Positions 1 to 16,460 of a DNA stretch of 64,000 nt are shown here, piece after piece. This DNA is from the human T2T-CHM13v2.0 reference genome, Homo sapiens. The stretch's first letter is position 1. Each line of letters opens with the position of its first letter. The notes under the pieces were generated by a model that did no database searches, had not been told where the DNA came from, and saw only the letters and a list, made by a program, of their open reading frames with translations. The stretch lies in assembly GCF_009914755.1 (NCBI RefSeq), contig NC_060925.1; one strand, 5' to 3'. The position numbers and the translations under genes were made by a program.

Positions 1-219
1 AAGAGAAAAAGATGTAGTGGTGTTAGAAAAGAGATTTTTACATAAAGTTCTTTTCTAGATTTCATATTTATTGCTAAGAGCCAAAATTTTATTTTCAGTG
101 CTAGGGAAAAAAAATCTTTTAAAATAATTCCCATGCATCCTCGCATTCTTACTTAATCATATCCAAAACAACAGAGTCTTTCTTGATGATTTGAGGTCGT
201 GATTATTTGAGGACAATGC

Positions 220-526
220 TTATTTTTTATTATTTTTTTTTTTTTTGAGACAGAGTCTTGCTCTGTCGCCCAGGCTGGAGTGCAGTGGCGCCATCTCGGC
301 TCACCGCAAGCTCCGCCTCCTAGGTTCACGCCATTCTCCTGCCTCAGCCTCCTAATTAGCTTTAGGATTACAGGATTAGGATTACAGGCTAATTTTTTTT
401 GTATTTTTAGTAGAGACGGGGTTTCACCATGTTGGCCAAGATGGTCTCCATCTCCTGACCTCGTGATCCGCCTGCCTTGGCCTCCCAAAGTGCTGGGATG
501 ACAGGCGTAAGCCACTGTGCCCGGCC
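220..526 (-). mobile_element. Alu (AluY/Sc-like) with an internal rearrangement
   Basis: Poly-T followed by gagacagagtcttgctctgtcgcccaggctggag...ccggcc. Confidence 0.92.
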
Positions 527-1339
527 TATTTTGCTGTCTTTAAGACAGCAATGCCTATGAGGCTAGATGATCCCAACTCCTAATGCCTTTTGAGCTTTTA
601 TGTGATTTTATGCCATTTTTAGTTCCTCTGCCTTATCCCAGTTAGCTGTCACTTTTTGCTGCTCTCAGCATCCTTGACTCCAGCGCATCTCATTATTCTC
701 TAATTCGTTGCTTGGTTCTGATGTGGATCAGAAAACTATACAAATGCTCCTTTGCCACAGGGTCTCACATTTTAGCGAATGAACCGATCAAAGCACACGG
801 TTAGAGTGTGAGAGTTTAAACAGCTACTTCGGTTAAGACTTTTTGAGTTTATTTCTTGGCTGAGTTTTGGATAGAATTAGACTTGAAGATATGAGAGGTA
901 AGAAAAAGTCTCAAAACTGTAACAAATAAAATGTGGACAAGTTCTCATGATATATTTAGGAAAACTTATCAGTACATACATATCATAGAAGCCAATTAAA
1001 GGGGGTCAGAAGTAGATGACATCAAACATTTATCTGGAGTTCTAAGAAAGAGGATGGCATACTGAGAGCTAGAAATTTGTTCTGTGCTCCGAGGGGTGGG
1101 GAGAAAAGTTAACTGAGGTGAAGGGCAGCATTCTTGGGTTGCATCTCCCCAGATCCTGAGTGAACAATGATGCACTCTCTTGTCTACACCCAGATTCTTT
1201 TGGAAAAAGCCTGCCAGATTCATTGCTAATTTTGGTTTAGTTTCCCAAAAAGGATAAAGTGTCCAAGCCAGAACTCTCAGTTTCTCTCCCCTCCTACCTA
1301 TTCTTTTCTTGGTTTTCTGCCTTTCAGTGAGTGCCTCCA

Positions 1340-2332
<993 letters not shown>

Positions 2333-3379
2333 TGAAAGACTTTTTGAACATACCCATCTATTAAAAATACAAAATGAGTTTTATTTTCTGTTTGCTTGTG
2401 TGTATGTGTGTGTGTGTGCATTTGTGTGTGCTTGAGAATGTTGGTACCTATAACTTAACCTCTTGGCCGACTGATCATCACCTCTCATTATTATCATACA
2501 TTTATTTAACAGGAAACAAATACTCCAATTCTTCAGTTAGCCTTAAAAGAAACATTTCTAGTGCAGAAAAATTTAGCTCAAATGTTCTTTTCCTGTGCAA
2601 TGTGATTAGCCCATCAGTTGATAAGTGTAAATAGCAGATTGCTTCCAGATTTGATGGGGGTTAAGTAGTTAAAAAGCAGGAAGACACTGGGAACTTACAA
2701 AGCCTCAGTTTTAGAGAAGTCAAGATGAGAATAGAGCAGGCCTCTCTGTCCCTGCCTTTATAACTTTGTTTAAAGCAGTTCCCATCTTGACCTACAAATA
2801 TCCAAGGACAAACAAAATCTGTGCCCCTATGCATTTCTTTACCTGGGTGTGCAATGGCACAGCGGAGTTCAGACAACACAACTGAGCCGTATTATACAAC
2901 CAGCACATCTCCACTGGGCTGTATTATGGAGCTGAAGATTAAAACCCCATATGAGAAAAACCTGGATTCAAGATATAAACTAAGAAAAGATAAAGCTAAT
3001 AACGCCTCTTCTATTGTGCAGTACTTTGACATTTTTCAACTATAACCATCATCTGAGTTTCATAAGCATTCTCTAAACTATATAGATTAGTCACTATGAA
3101 CCTAATTTTCACTGAAGCATATCAAATATTCAAACCTTGGAAGAGAATATAAATATTATCTGGTCTAACTTAGCATCCAATTCATGATTTCTTCTGGCAA
3201 CTTCTATGACAAGAGTCATTCAACCTTAGCTCGAATGCTTGTTGCCTCCTTTCCCCTAAAATACCTCCATCTGCATCACACTTGAAAGAAAATTTTTGAA
3301 TAAGTCATTTATTTAAAGGACCATGCCACTTTTAAAACATGTTAATAATCATACCTAAAAAAGACAAATAACATGATGA

Positions 3380-3555
3380 CAAAATAGTTAAGATTCTTGG
3401 AAAAGTAGAAACTTCTTTAAGCCTTGGTGTCTCTTCTTTCAGAGCGAGTGCAATAAAAATTGTTCCAACCTCCTCAGTGTATGAAATACTGCACGTAAAA
3501 GGGGTCAGCACAGTTCTTGACACACAGAATATGCAAAGCACATATTAGTTTCCCT
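3380..3555 (+). mobile_element. MIR fragment
   Basis: Degenerate MIR 3' motifs (cacgtaaaag...cagcacagttcttgacaca). Confidence 0.45.
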
Positions 3556-3595
3556 TAGTATTAGTATTATTAGCAGTATAATTTGACATCAATAA

Positions 3596-3981
<386 letters not shown>

Positions 3982-4356
3982 TGAGGAAGTTGCTTATGAA
4001 AGTAAACAAGTTGAACTATACTGAATGGAGGAAAAGCAAAAAGCTAATAAATTTTAGTAATTTTAGGCCAAATATCAGATTTAATTTTTAAAAAGGTAAG
4101 CATTTTGGGGGGGAATAAATATAGGGTAAGTGTGGAGGCAAGAGTGTAAAACTCAGTTCACTTCAAAGTTCTTCTGATATATCAAGCCAGACCAATAAGT
4201 TGGAGTTGCATTTCCTTTCTTTCTTTCTTCCTTCCTTTCTTCCTTCCTTTTTCTTTCTTTCTTTCTTTTTTGGAGTTCCATTTTCTTAATGGCAGTTTTC
4301 TTTTTTTCTTTTTTCTTTTTCTCATAAGGGGTAACTGCTAACATTTGAAAATATGT

Positions 4357-4710
<354 letters not shown>

Positions 4711-4735
4711 ATGAACATATGTAAGGACAAATATC

Positions 4736-5081
<346 letters not shown>

Positions 5082-8080
5082 TAATTTGTTTTGAAAAAAT
5101 CCAGTTATTGATTGTGAGGAGGTATATGAAATTATTGTGAGGGAAATAGCAGAGCTGAGGAGAAATCTAGAGTTTTTTGTATTTGAGAGAGGATTTGCTA
5201 TCTTTTAAATTAATCCAGATTGCTTTTAATTTTAATTTAATTGTCTTTCTCAGGAAAGAGAAAATTCATTTGAAGAAGATAGCTGATGTCCTATTAAGGG
5301 AAGACAGCCTATCTTTTCTTTCTTTCTTTTTTAAAAATACAATTTGTGCATCTGGGGAAAAGCAAATGAACAGGGAAAAAAAAACAAGCTCAAATAATGA
5401 CTGCTCTCTGTGAAATCAGAGTCCATGCTGGTCCCATCAGGGTTCTGGCAGATTGAGCCCATGTTGTTAGCTCAGCCAGCCCCTCAAAGCCTGTGTGCAC
5501 GTGCATGCCTGAGTGTGTTTGTACACATTTTAAATCTTAGTTTCGCTTTGATATGATTTCAAACCTACAAGGATTGCAAGAGTGGTTTAAAGAACTCCCA
5601 TAGACTCTTTACCCAGGTTCTCCTATTGTTAACATTTGGCCCCATTTTCTCCCCTTCCTTGTCCATATTTAAACTACTGGCAAACAGAAATTCAGCTATA
5701 GTAGGAACGGCCCAAGAGGCTGGCTTCTCAATAGAGTATCAGGGTTAGATGCTCCCCTTCCCTCCCCGACACCTGCCCAGACACCCACAACTATGCAAGA
5801 TACCATCAGTACTTGAGATCAATACTATCCTCTATCCACTTCCCTGAGAGTTAGCTGTTGGCTCTTAAGACCTTTCTGCTAGCATCGCCCCAACCCCTAT
5901 CCACATCCTCATCATTTCAGAAGAAACAGGACAGAAATCTGGGCTCATGATTTTGAAAAGTCGCCAATCCACAAGGGATAAAAGCACCAACTTAATAATA
6001 GGGGAAGCAGTTTTTATTCTCATTCTACCCATGGCTCACATAAATAGCATCAGATATTACATAATAATAGGACACTGTATCTACAAATCTATTCAGGGAT
6101 AGAAAGAGCAGACAGAAGATGAAAGATATAGCCAGGAAGCAAAAAAGAACAGTTTCACTCATAGCGGCTTGTGATAGCCAGATTGTCAAAATATTTTTCA
6201 ATCCAAAGGAACAGATGGGAATAATAGACAGAAATGCTGTTCCATTTTCAGAGCACAAAAGAAATATTTAAATTTGGATGAACACATTTTGGATTTTCTA
6301 AAACAGCTCAAGGTATCAGTAATGAGATCATGGACTATTGATAGGAAAGACAGCATCATGAGTATGGGCTGATTTGAACTTAAGAACAAAAAGCTTGCAC
6401 AGTTCCTATTGATTTCAACCTAATTTGTTTCTCATGAACACCACAAAACTGACAATGCCAAAGATTAAAATAGGTATGTAACTGATATCTTCCAAGGGAA
6501 ATATTAGGGAAAATATTAGGGTTCTCCTACAGCTTAAGCTCCAGATGAGCACATGAAATTATGCATGTGGATTGCACATCAGTTACAAAATTAAAAAGCA
6601 ACCTCCCTGAAATCTATAGAATACTATACCTGCTGGCTCAAACCCAGAGGTAGACATGAACATTTCTAAGGGATATTTATACCTGTTGCATTTACTTGAC
6701 ACAATCCATGCTGTGACTCCTTTCCAGCAGCCTAGCATGGCTGATAATATGTAGCCGCCTCTCAGAGATGTTGGGACAATGGACATATACTGCCCTTTGC
6801 CTCAGAGTTCAAGTAGACATGCAAGGTGCAATAGACCATTTAATACATAAAAAACTCAATTAATCATTTCACTAATAAGAAATAAAAACTAGTTAACATG
6901 CACAAAGCCGGTCCTGGTGCGATATAATATCCTGCTGTGTCTTATGAATTGACAAAGTTTGCATCCTATGCAATAGAGATCACATGGGGTTTTGGAGAAA
7001 ATGCTAGGTTTTCAGTCATCATTAGGGATTTGACTCTTAACCATATCAAAACCAACAAAACCCAACTCTTCAGAGTCTTGCTTTCTCTTATTTGTTAATT
7101 AAGGAAAATAGTTACCCACCCCACGAAGTCATTGTAAAGAATAAGTGGTATGATAAATCTAAAAGGCTTTTGCCACCAGAAACTGCTACACAGGCAATCA
7201 ATGTTATTGTCATCGATAGTAATCCACATGCATTATTGTTCTCTTACATTTTGTAGAAAGAAATCCAGGTGGCATGCATTTAACATGTGTTTTAGAGTAA
7301 TGTATCCTGAAGAGAGAAGTAGCTCGAACAGTAAAAGGGACAATGCTGGAAATTGACAAGCTTCTCGATAACTGACAAAGTCCTGTTGCCTCATCTCTGG
7401 CCACTGCTGCCTTGGTTGGTTCAAATATTGGAGCCCCGTGGAAAAGAAAAATCTGTGTGCTTTTGAAACTAAGTCAGTATGTATTTAATGTCATCCAAAA
7501 GGATGTAGATAGGATGAGGGAAATCAAGAATTATTAATTTATTCATGAATTCAAAATCTATCCATTGAGTGTCTGCTGTGTTCCTGGTACTTGACTGAGG
7601 CCTAAATACAGAGTCAGGGACAAGTGAAGCCTAGTCTCTGTCTTCTTATGGGGAACAGTTACTACCTCATATTTACCATGTCATTCCCAGTATAAAAATC
7701 ATTCATAAAAAGTACTTTCATGTTCATCTCAAAAGTTTTTTTCCTTAATATTATGAAAGAGATGATTTGCTCTGCTTAAATATTGTGGAAGTTAACCTAA
7801 AATATAAGTGAGTGGTGAGAGACATTCTTTAGTTTAGGAGGGAGATTTGGCAAAGAACTCATGCGCCACAGCTGTGAGGAGTATACAGGATTATCCCCTT
7901 ATTCCCCTCTTGATCTAGGGCTTTGTTCTCTTCCTCCTGCTTACAGGTTACTGTAAGGTGGTTCCAGCAGCATCTGCATAGGTCACCCTCTTCACTGGGA
8001 AGGGTTTCATTCATGCTAGGGCTTAACCTAGTTTTATTTTTTCCACCACCCTTTCCAAATTCTATTTTCCCAGATTCTAC

Positions 8081-8568
8081 TGTGGTGAGTACCCTCCATA
8101 ACAGTCCCTATTGACCTCCTTCTGCTGGTATTCTCACTCTGTGTGGTCCCCTCCCACACTGCACCAGGGTTGGTTTGTGTAACCAATAAACTATGACAGA
8201 AGAGATGACATACCACTTATGAGATTAGGATATACAAACATGAGGTTTTGACATGGGGCTATCTTTCTATTTTGGGATGACATGGCGGAAACTGTCTTGG
8301 ACATCCTTATGGAGAGGTGCATGTGGCCAGGAACTGAAGCTGCCTGCAAACCACCATGTGAATGAAGTGAACCATCAGCCCCTTCAGATGACCATAGCCT
8401 TGGCCAACAGCTTGACTGATGCCTCATGAAAGAACCTGAGCCTGCATCACCAGGAAAACCACTCCTGGATTCCTGACTCTCAGTAGCTGTGTAAAATAGT
8501 GAATATTTGTTGTTTTATTCCGCTAAATTTTGGGATAATTTGTTATACGGCAATAGATAACTAATATA
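8081..8568 (+). mobile_element. MLT1-family MaLR solo LTR (MLT1F-like)
   Basis: Starts TGTGGT, contains ccttcagatgaccatagccttggccaacagcttgact, ends gcaatagataactaatata. Confidence 0.8.
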
Positions 8569-8714
8569 CTTAACCTTCAAACTTCAACTCCAACTCTTCT
8601 GATCCCCAAAAGTATTTTTCCTGATTATACCAGTTCATAGCTATCTGCTAACCTTTTTACCCACCTCCTCATCTCCTTTTAAAAGCATGATTGCTAAAAT
8701 AACTTCAGCTACCA

Positions 8715-8930
8715 ATTACTGAACAAGGGTTGTGTGCCAGGTACTGTCCTAAGCAATGTACAAATATTATTTCCATGTGTTCTCAAGGGTCGTGTAGGGT
8801 AAGTATTTATTTTTCCCATTTCAAATGAGAAGTTTGAGACTTGGAGGCATTTAGTAAAATCTCACTCAAGAAGGAAGTTGGTGTTTGAGCCAAATCTTTT
8901 TAGCTGCAGTTGCATCCCTTGAACACTACA
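8715..8930 (-). mobile_element. MIR
   Basis: tgtgccaggtactgtcctaagca...cccatttcaaatgagaagtttgagac core. Confidence 0.6.
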
Positions 8931-9289
8931 TCACATAAAACTGTCATAGCTGTGCGAGTTCTCTTGAAGTCTTTGTATCTGAGGCAGGGAAAATATAAAT
9001 GGAGAGAGCCTAAGCACAGTGGCAGGAGTGGGAAGAGAAGTGAGAATTTTTATGTAATCCATCATTCGGGCATTTAGCTCATGACACAATGTTGCCCTCC
9101 CCAACTTCTGTCTCACTGGATATCTTTAGATTAAAGAAATAACATAAATTTTGCATGAGACTTTTCGAAATCATGGAAGAGTATGCCAAAAATCCATAAC
9201 ATTACCATTCTTTATAGTCAAGTTTTTATTATAGAAATCAATAAGAAGCCTAGTACACGCCAATTTCACCTTTGAATATGCATGTCAAA

Positions 9290-10445
9290 ATTCTAAATCA
9301 ACATACAAACAAAATCCAATATCACATTAAGAAAATAACACGACATGACCAAGTAGGGTTTATTTATTCTGGGATTTCAAGGATCACTCAACATTAGAAC
9401 ATCTATTCATAGAATTCACATATTACTAACAGATATAAGGACAAAAATGTATAAAAAGCTTTAGGAAATAGTTTTATCAATCATTTCTACTTGTAAAAAC
9501 AAATACACTAAAATAGGGGTTCTTATTCAGGGGTTCTGCAAGATCAAAATTATTTCCATAAAGATCGGAAGCCATCACTGCCTTGTTCTCAGAAATATAC
9601 AGTAGATTTTCCCAGATATTGTGATGACATGTATATAGCAAAGGAATTGAATGGAGAAAGAGATAGGTGAATGGAGCTGCCTTCTAGTAAGCTTATGATT
9701 AAAGTGATTTGCAAAAGTATAAAACAGTTCCACTCTTCCTGCTAATTTTCCTTTGGAAAATGTGCCAATTTTTCATTAAAATTACACTGATTATTTTATT
9801 AAGTGATTGGTGTCCTATTGTTATCTTACATGAAAAAATAAATATTTAAACAGTCCTTGGTTTTACTGTTGAGTCTGATAAATGCTAATAGATAAAACTT
9901 GTATAAGCAAAGACACTTCAGGACACATAATAATTTTTAGGAGTGAAAAGGAATAATAAGACCAAAAAATAATAAGACCATTTTCAAATTTTCAGAATTT
10001 GAAAATGATAGCTGTGTAAGATACAAATGTAAGGTCCAGTTTCTTAATTCTATACATAGTTCCTTTATAAAAGATACAGCAGAAAAGGAAATCTCATTTA
10101 TAACGAGAGGTTTTTTTTTTTTTAAGAAAGAAACCTAACAAGAAATGCATGAGACATGCACAAGAAAAATCTAAGATGCTCCTGAATAACACAGAAGTTG
10201 GTAAGAACAAATGCTTAGGATGACTCAGCTTCAGAAAAAAACTCAATTCTCCCAAGTTTTCTATAAATTTATAACATTTGAATGCCAAAAAGGGTTCTTT
10301 TCTGGTGCTAGACAATTGATTCCAAAGATCACATAGCAAAATAACTAGGAAAAACCTAAAATGAAGAGCAACAACTAAAAGGTGTATTGGGATTGAGAGG
10401 GTCTAGACTTATGAGACATAAAACACTAAAATCCAAACAGTGATG
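9290..10445 (+). mobile_element. Ancient L1M ORF2 fragments, interrupted by a DNA transposon
   Basis: catgaccaagtagggtttatt (HDQVGF-like) at ~9344 and caattctcccaagttttctataaattt at ~10245. Confidence 0.6.
9515..9970 (-). mobile_element. hAT-Charlie-type DNA transposon fossil
   Basis: Resembles the recalled Charlie-family end (aataatttttaggagtgaaaagg...agaccaaaaa). Subfamily uncertain. Confidence 0.5.
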
Positions 10446-10968
10446 GGCAGAATGTGATATCTCCAACCCAGATGATGCCTTTTAACCATTTTGTTGCCTG
10501 TGTAAGGAACTCATCATCCATTTCCTAGTACAGGCCTCGCTAGCATATTTCAATGATAATTCCCTAAGTCTTCCCTCCTTTCTTTCATCCTAATTTTTTC
10601 CAGAATAATTCTATCATGTGGTGTGAGATTTCCAGAGAGGTGTATCTCTTAAACAGATCTATTCTACTTTGCCTTTAATTACATGTTTCATTCAACAAGT
10701 TACCCCCTTCGTTTTTCTTGGTTTATTGTAAGTTCTACCTTACTCATCCTAATGGCTTTCCTCTGTGATCTGTTATGTTAACCTCAGGGCCTGGCTTTGA
10801 GCAGCATCCTGAGTTAGTGGAAGGAATCCTGAGCTGCAATTCAGAACACCTGGATTCATTCCTGGCTCCTCTCAAAGAAAAAGAAGTCCTGGGGGAAATA
10901 AAACAAAACTCAGTCTCTCTACACTTCAGTTTCCTTATTTATGAAATGAGGACAAAAATAATGCCAAC

Positions 10969-11371
10969 TGATATGGTTTAGATATTTGTCTCCTCCAAAT
11001 CTCATGTTGAAAGGGAATCCCCAGTGTTGGAGGTGGGGTCTGGTGGGAGGTGTTTGGATCATGGGGGTGGATCCCTCATGAATGGCTTAGCGCCCTCCCC
11101 TTGGTGATGAGTAAGTTCCCGAGAGATCTGGTTGTTTAAAAGTGTGTGGTGCCTCCCCTCCTCTCTCTTGCTCCTGCTCTCACTGTGTGATGTGCCTGCT
11201 CACCCCTTCGCCTTCCACTCTGATTGTAAGCTACCTGAGGCCTCACCAGACGCAGATACTGGAGCCATGCTGCCACAGCCTGTAGAACGATGAGCCAATT
11301 AAACCTCTTTTCTTTATAAAGTATCCAGTTTCATGTATTCCTTTATAGCAATGCAAGAATGGTCGAACACA
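10969..11371 (+). mobile_element. MST (MSTB-like) MaLR solo LTR inserted in a MIR
   Basis: TG...CA ends with perfect 5-bp TSD ccaac (10964-10968 and 11372-11376). MIR-like sequence on both sides (~10810-11420). Confidence 0.92.
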
Positions 11372-11449
11372 CCAACCTAACAGAGTAATGTGAAATTAAG
11401 AAGAAAGTTTATATATGATCACATTCCGCACCCGTACTGGATTTACCAA

Positions 11450-14092
11450 GAGGCAGGAAGGTGTTGTGATAAAGAGTATGGGTCCTGGGACCAGAACACC
11501 TGCCTTCAGTAACAGCTTCCTCATTTAGTACTTGTGGAACTTTGCACAACTTAAATGTCCCATGTCTGAGATTCCTTATCTGTAAAGAGAAAAGATAACA
11601 GTAAAGGCATATCTCATTTTATTGTGCTCTGATTTATTGTTCTTCACAAATATTGTGGGTTTTTGTTTTTGTTTTGTTCTTTTTGCAGATTGAAGGTTTG
11701 TGACAACCCTGTGTCCAGCAAGTTTACTGGTGCCATTTTTCCAATAGCATGTGCTTGCTTGCTTTGTATCTTTGAGTCAGATTTTGGCAATTCTAGTAAT
11801 ATTTCAGACCTTTTCATTATTATCGTATCTGCCATGGTGACCTGTGATCAGTGATGCTTGATGTTATTGTCGTGATCGTTTTGGGATGCCACAGGCCATT
11901 TCCCATTTAAGATGGCAAACCTAATTGATAAATATTGTGTGTGATCTGACTGCTGCATCTTCCACTCTTCAGGCTTCCCTATTTTCTGAGCTACAACAAT
12001 ATCAACATCAGGCCAATAATAACCCTACAATGACTTCTAAGTGTTCAAGTGAAAGGAAGAGTCCCAAGTCTCTCAATTTAAGCAAAAAACTAGAAAATAT
12101 TAAGCTTAGTGAGGGAAAGCATGTTGGAAGCTGAGATAGGATGAGAGCTAAGACTTTTGAGCCAAACAGCCAAGTTGTGAATGCAAAGAAAAAGTTCTTC
12201 AAAAGCACTTGAAAAGTGCTACTCTAGTGAACACACAAATGATAAGAAAGCAAAACAGCCTTACTGTTGATAGGAAGAGGTTTGAGTGGTCTACATAGAA
12301 GACCAAAGCAGCCAAAACATTCCCTTAAACCAAACCCTAATCTACAGCAAGGCCCTAAGTCATCAATTCTATGAAGACTGAAAGAAATAAGGAAGCTGAA
12401 GAAAAAAAGTTGGAAACTAGCAGAGGTTGGTTCATGAAGTTTAAGAAAAGGAGCCATCTCCATAACATAAAAGTGCAAGATGGAAGCAGCAAGTGTTGAT
12501 GGAGAAGCTGCAGCAAGTTATCCAGATCTAGCTAAGATAGTTGATTTTCGATGTAGACAAAAGAGCTTTCTACAGGAAGAAGATGCCATCTAAGACTTTC
12601 ATAGCTAGACAGGAGAAGTCAGTGCCAGGCTTCAAAGCTTGGAAGGACAGGCTGACTCTCTTGTTATCAGGTAATGATGCTGGTGATTGTAAGTTGAGGC
12701 TAATGTTCATTGATCATTCCGAAAATTCTAGGGCCCATAAGAATTATGCTAAATCTACTGTGCCTGTGTTCTACAAATGAAACAACAAATCCTGGATGAC
12801 AGCAGATCTGTTTACATCGTCATTTACTGAATATTTAAAGCCCAGTGTTGAGACCTACTGCTCAGAGAAAAGGATTCCTTTCAAAATATACCCACTCACT
12901 GACAATGCACCTGGTCACCCAAGAGCTCTGATGGAGATGTACAAGGAGATAATGTTGTTTTCATACCTGCTAACACAACATTTAATCTGTAGTCAATGGA
13001 TGAAAGAGTAATTTTGACTTTCAAGTCTTATTACTTAAGAAATGCATTTGTAAGGCTACAGCTATTGTAGATGATCAGATTCCTCTGATGGAATGGGGCA
13101 AAGTAAATTGACAACTTTCTGCAAAGGGGTCATCATTCTAGATACCATTAGGAACATTTATGATTCATGGGAGGAGTCAAAATCTTAACATTAACAGGAG
13201 TTTGGAAGAAGTTGATCCCAGCCCTTAGGGATGATTAAGGGATTCAAGAGTTTGGAAGAAGTAATCGCAGATGTGGTGGAAATAGCGAGAGAACTAGAAT
13301 TAGAAGTGGAGCCTACAGATTTGACTGAATTGTTGAACCTCATGATAAAACTCGAACAAAGGGGGAGTTGCTTCTTATGGAGCAAATAAAGTTGTTTCTT
13401 AAGATGAAATCTACTTCCGGTGAAGATGGTGTGAACATTGTTGAAATAACAACAAAGAATTTAGAATATTATATAAACTTAGTTGATAAAACGAGGACAG
13501 GGTTTGAAAGGTTGTATTCCAATTTTCAAAGAAGTTCTACTGCGGGTAAAATGCTATCAAGCAGCATCACATGTTACAGAGAAATCTTTAGCAAAAAAAA
13601 GAGTCAATTGATGTGGCAAACTTTATTGTTGTTTTATTTTAAGAAGTTGCTACAGCTTCTCCAACCTTTAGCAACCACCGCCCAGATCAGTCAGCAGCTA
13701 TCAGCACTGAGGCAAGATCTCCCACAAACAAAAAGGTTACAACTTTTGCTAAAGGCTCAGATGATTGTTATCATTTTTCAGTAATAAAGTATGTTTAAAT
13801 TAAGGTATGTGCATTGTTTTTTAGACATAATGCTATTGCACACTTAATAGACTACAGTATAGTGTAAACATAACTTTTATATGCACTAGGAAACCAAAAA
13901 ATGTGTGTGATTTACTTTATTGTGATATTTGCTTTATTTCTGTCGTCTGGAATTTAACCCCAAATATCTCCAAGGTATGCCTCTACTACCTGTAGTTGTT
14001 GTGATTATTATATGGTAATTTATATAAAGTACCAGGAATAAAACCTGGTACCTGGTGAATGTTCTCTAGGCACTAATAAACTAACTGTTATT
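11450..14092 (+). mobile_element. MIR split by the Tigger1 (pieces ~11450-11603 and ~13984-14092)
   Basis: ttccttatctgtaaa...ataacagta resumes as ctacctgtagttgttgtgatta after the transposon. Confidence 0.7.
11604..13983 (+). mobile_element. Near full-length Tigger1 (Tc1/mariner-pogo) DNA transposon with decayed transposase
   Basis: Inverted ends aggcata/tatgcct with TA TSDs at 11602-11603 and 13984-13985. Transposase fragments appear in ORFs 12541..12780 (KDRLTLLL) and 12796..13011 (DNAPGHP). Confidence 0.95.
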
Positions 14093-15102
14093 ATCTACTG
14101 CCCATCTTTTTCCCCAACTTGATGAAGACAGAGGTATTGATTCTCCAATGTTGCCTCTGCTCTGTGGAAAAGAACTTCAGGGACCCAAGAATATAGAACC
14201 TCACCCTTTCCTCTCACAATCAAAGGTAAGTAAGAGCCAAACAAGACAAAAAGGAAATTATCAACATAAACATTACTTTCCCCTGGCTCTAAGGCACACA
14301 AGCAGCAACTCAAGCTAAGGGATTCCTGGGGGTTTTGTGTTGCTCTAAGTGGCACTTTTCTGGACAGTGAAACTTGATGAAGGAAAAGACCAATTTTAAG
14401 TCATCTGGATCACAACCAACATTGTCTGTGATTACCCTTGTCAGTGTGTGTTAAGAACTGGTGGTGAAATATCAAGTATTAATGAAGGTTGCTAAGTAAC
14501 CACACAATTACATAAATCTTTTCAAGTGCATTTTTGAGTATTTTTAAATAATGAGGTAAAATGTAGGACATCATATGAATAACTAAGGTAATGCAACCAC
14601 ATGCATGTTTAAAGAGATTTCTAGGCCTGATTTTCTTAGAAAAAAATAAGTATAGTATTTCCCAGGGAAAATATTGTCTGTCTTGGAGAATGTATCAGTT
14701 GCAATCACTTCTCTTAAAGTAGTAAATAAAGAATAGTTTTATCAGAAACGACTACAGGGGAATACAGACATTTTTAGAGGAATTGCTTCTTCAAGATAAC
14801 CAAGCATGTTAGCAACATGAAATAATTATAGCAAAAATTATATTATTTACATTATGATAACACTCTCTCAATGACAGCGTAAGATACAACTTCTTGGTCC
14901 AGATTAATACGAAAGCTACATTCCCAACATTTGAGATAATGAAGCCAATGATGGGAATCATTTGAAAATTTAACAACACTCCTCACAGTAACAATAGTCA
15001 GAAGAACAGACAATATCACTTGCAAAAATTGGTTCAATCTGTGAACTGATAAAAGGCAGCAGTCATTCATTACATGTACTACCAGATTTCAAAGCATGTT
15101 CT

Positions 15103-15423
<321 letters not shown>

Positions 15424-16059
15424 TTAGAAATGGCAAATATATGAAAATCCATGCTGATTACGAAACATACAAAAAACATTCAGGAATGTTCTCTTGGGAA
15501 CACTTCTGGAACCCCCTTTCTGGAGCTATTTAAGAGAAATGTCACATATACATTTTTGAGGCTGAACAAAGATAATAATTGATAGAGACAATTTAGATGA
15601 TTGCTTTCACTGTGTGACAATCACACCCTGGTCTTAAATACCACATCACTGGCTAAAAGAGAATCAGGCATTAATTGCACGTGCAAGATCACGGACTTTG
15701 ATCATGGGAAAAGACGGTCTACCAAGGAGCAAGCTTCACTCTTGATAATACAACTGGAATTTAAATCTCAAACTTTTTTTCTCCCCTCTTGGTCATCTAT
15801 TCCCAGTTTGCTTAATGTCATACAAATCTGTAATGTATCCAATTTAAAAATTTGAATTCAGAAAAAAGCGTTATGCACCATCTCTTTTTATTAAATTGGC
15901 TGGAATATGATGCTCTCAAATTTCAATCCGAGTTCCTTTACTCAATAACACTCCAATTTCACCCTCTCCTAATGCAAAGCACTGAATAGTAGGGGAGAAG
16001 ATCCAAGTAATGACTCAGGAAAGGAGACGCTACGCCTCGTCTGGACTTTTCAGACGGCA

Positions 16060-16460
16060 GAGATCTCCCTGCCATGTGATGCCATCCACTGGACAATTAG
16101 AAGGATGAAAACAGTTTTCATTCAGACAAAATCTGCCTCCTTTTATCCAAAGCAAAGCAGGCTAATCTTACTCCTTTTTCCAATGACAGCTGCTTAAATA
16201 CTTGAAGACAGATGAGTAACAGCATCTAACTTCTCTGCCTTAAGCTTAATTTTTCATGTCCTCTCACTTACTTTAGTACTTCACATCCCCTCCCCGGCCT
16301 ACACGGGTTGTTCTGTTCACTCTGCTCAAAAGATGGGCAGAGTTTCTACATGTTGTCCCCTAAGTATGCAGTGCTTGGGATGGGATACCATACACTCTGT
16401 GTGTTCTGACTATTTCCAGGCATGGCAGAAGCATGCCTACCTTCATCTCGGACGTTACAG
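16060..16460 (-). mobile_element. Probable CR1/L3 fossil
   Basis: Degenerate similarity to recalled L3 motifs; weak. Confidence 0.4.

Noticed and set aside
12541-13784. Domesticated TIGD-like transposase gene
   Set aside because: The frame is broken into several pieces inside an ordinary Tigger1 with intact ends.
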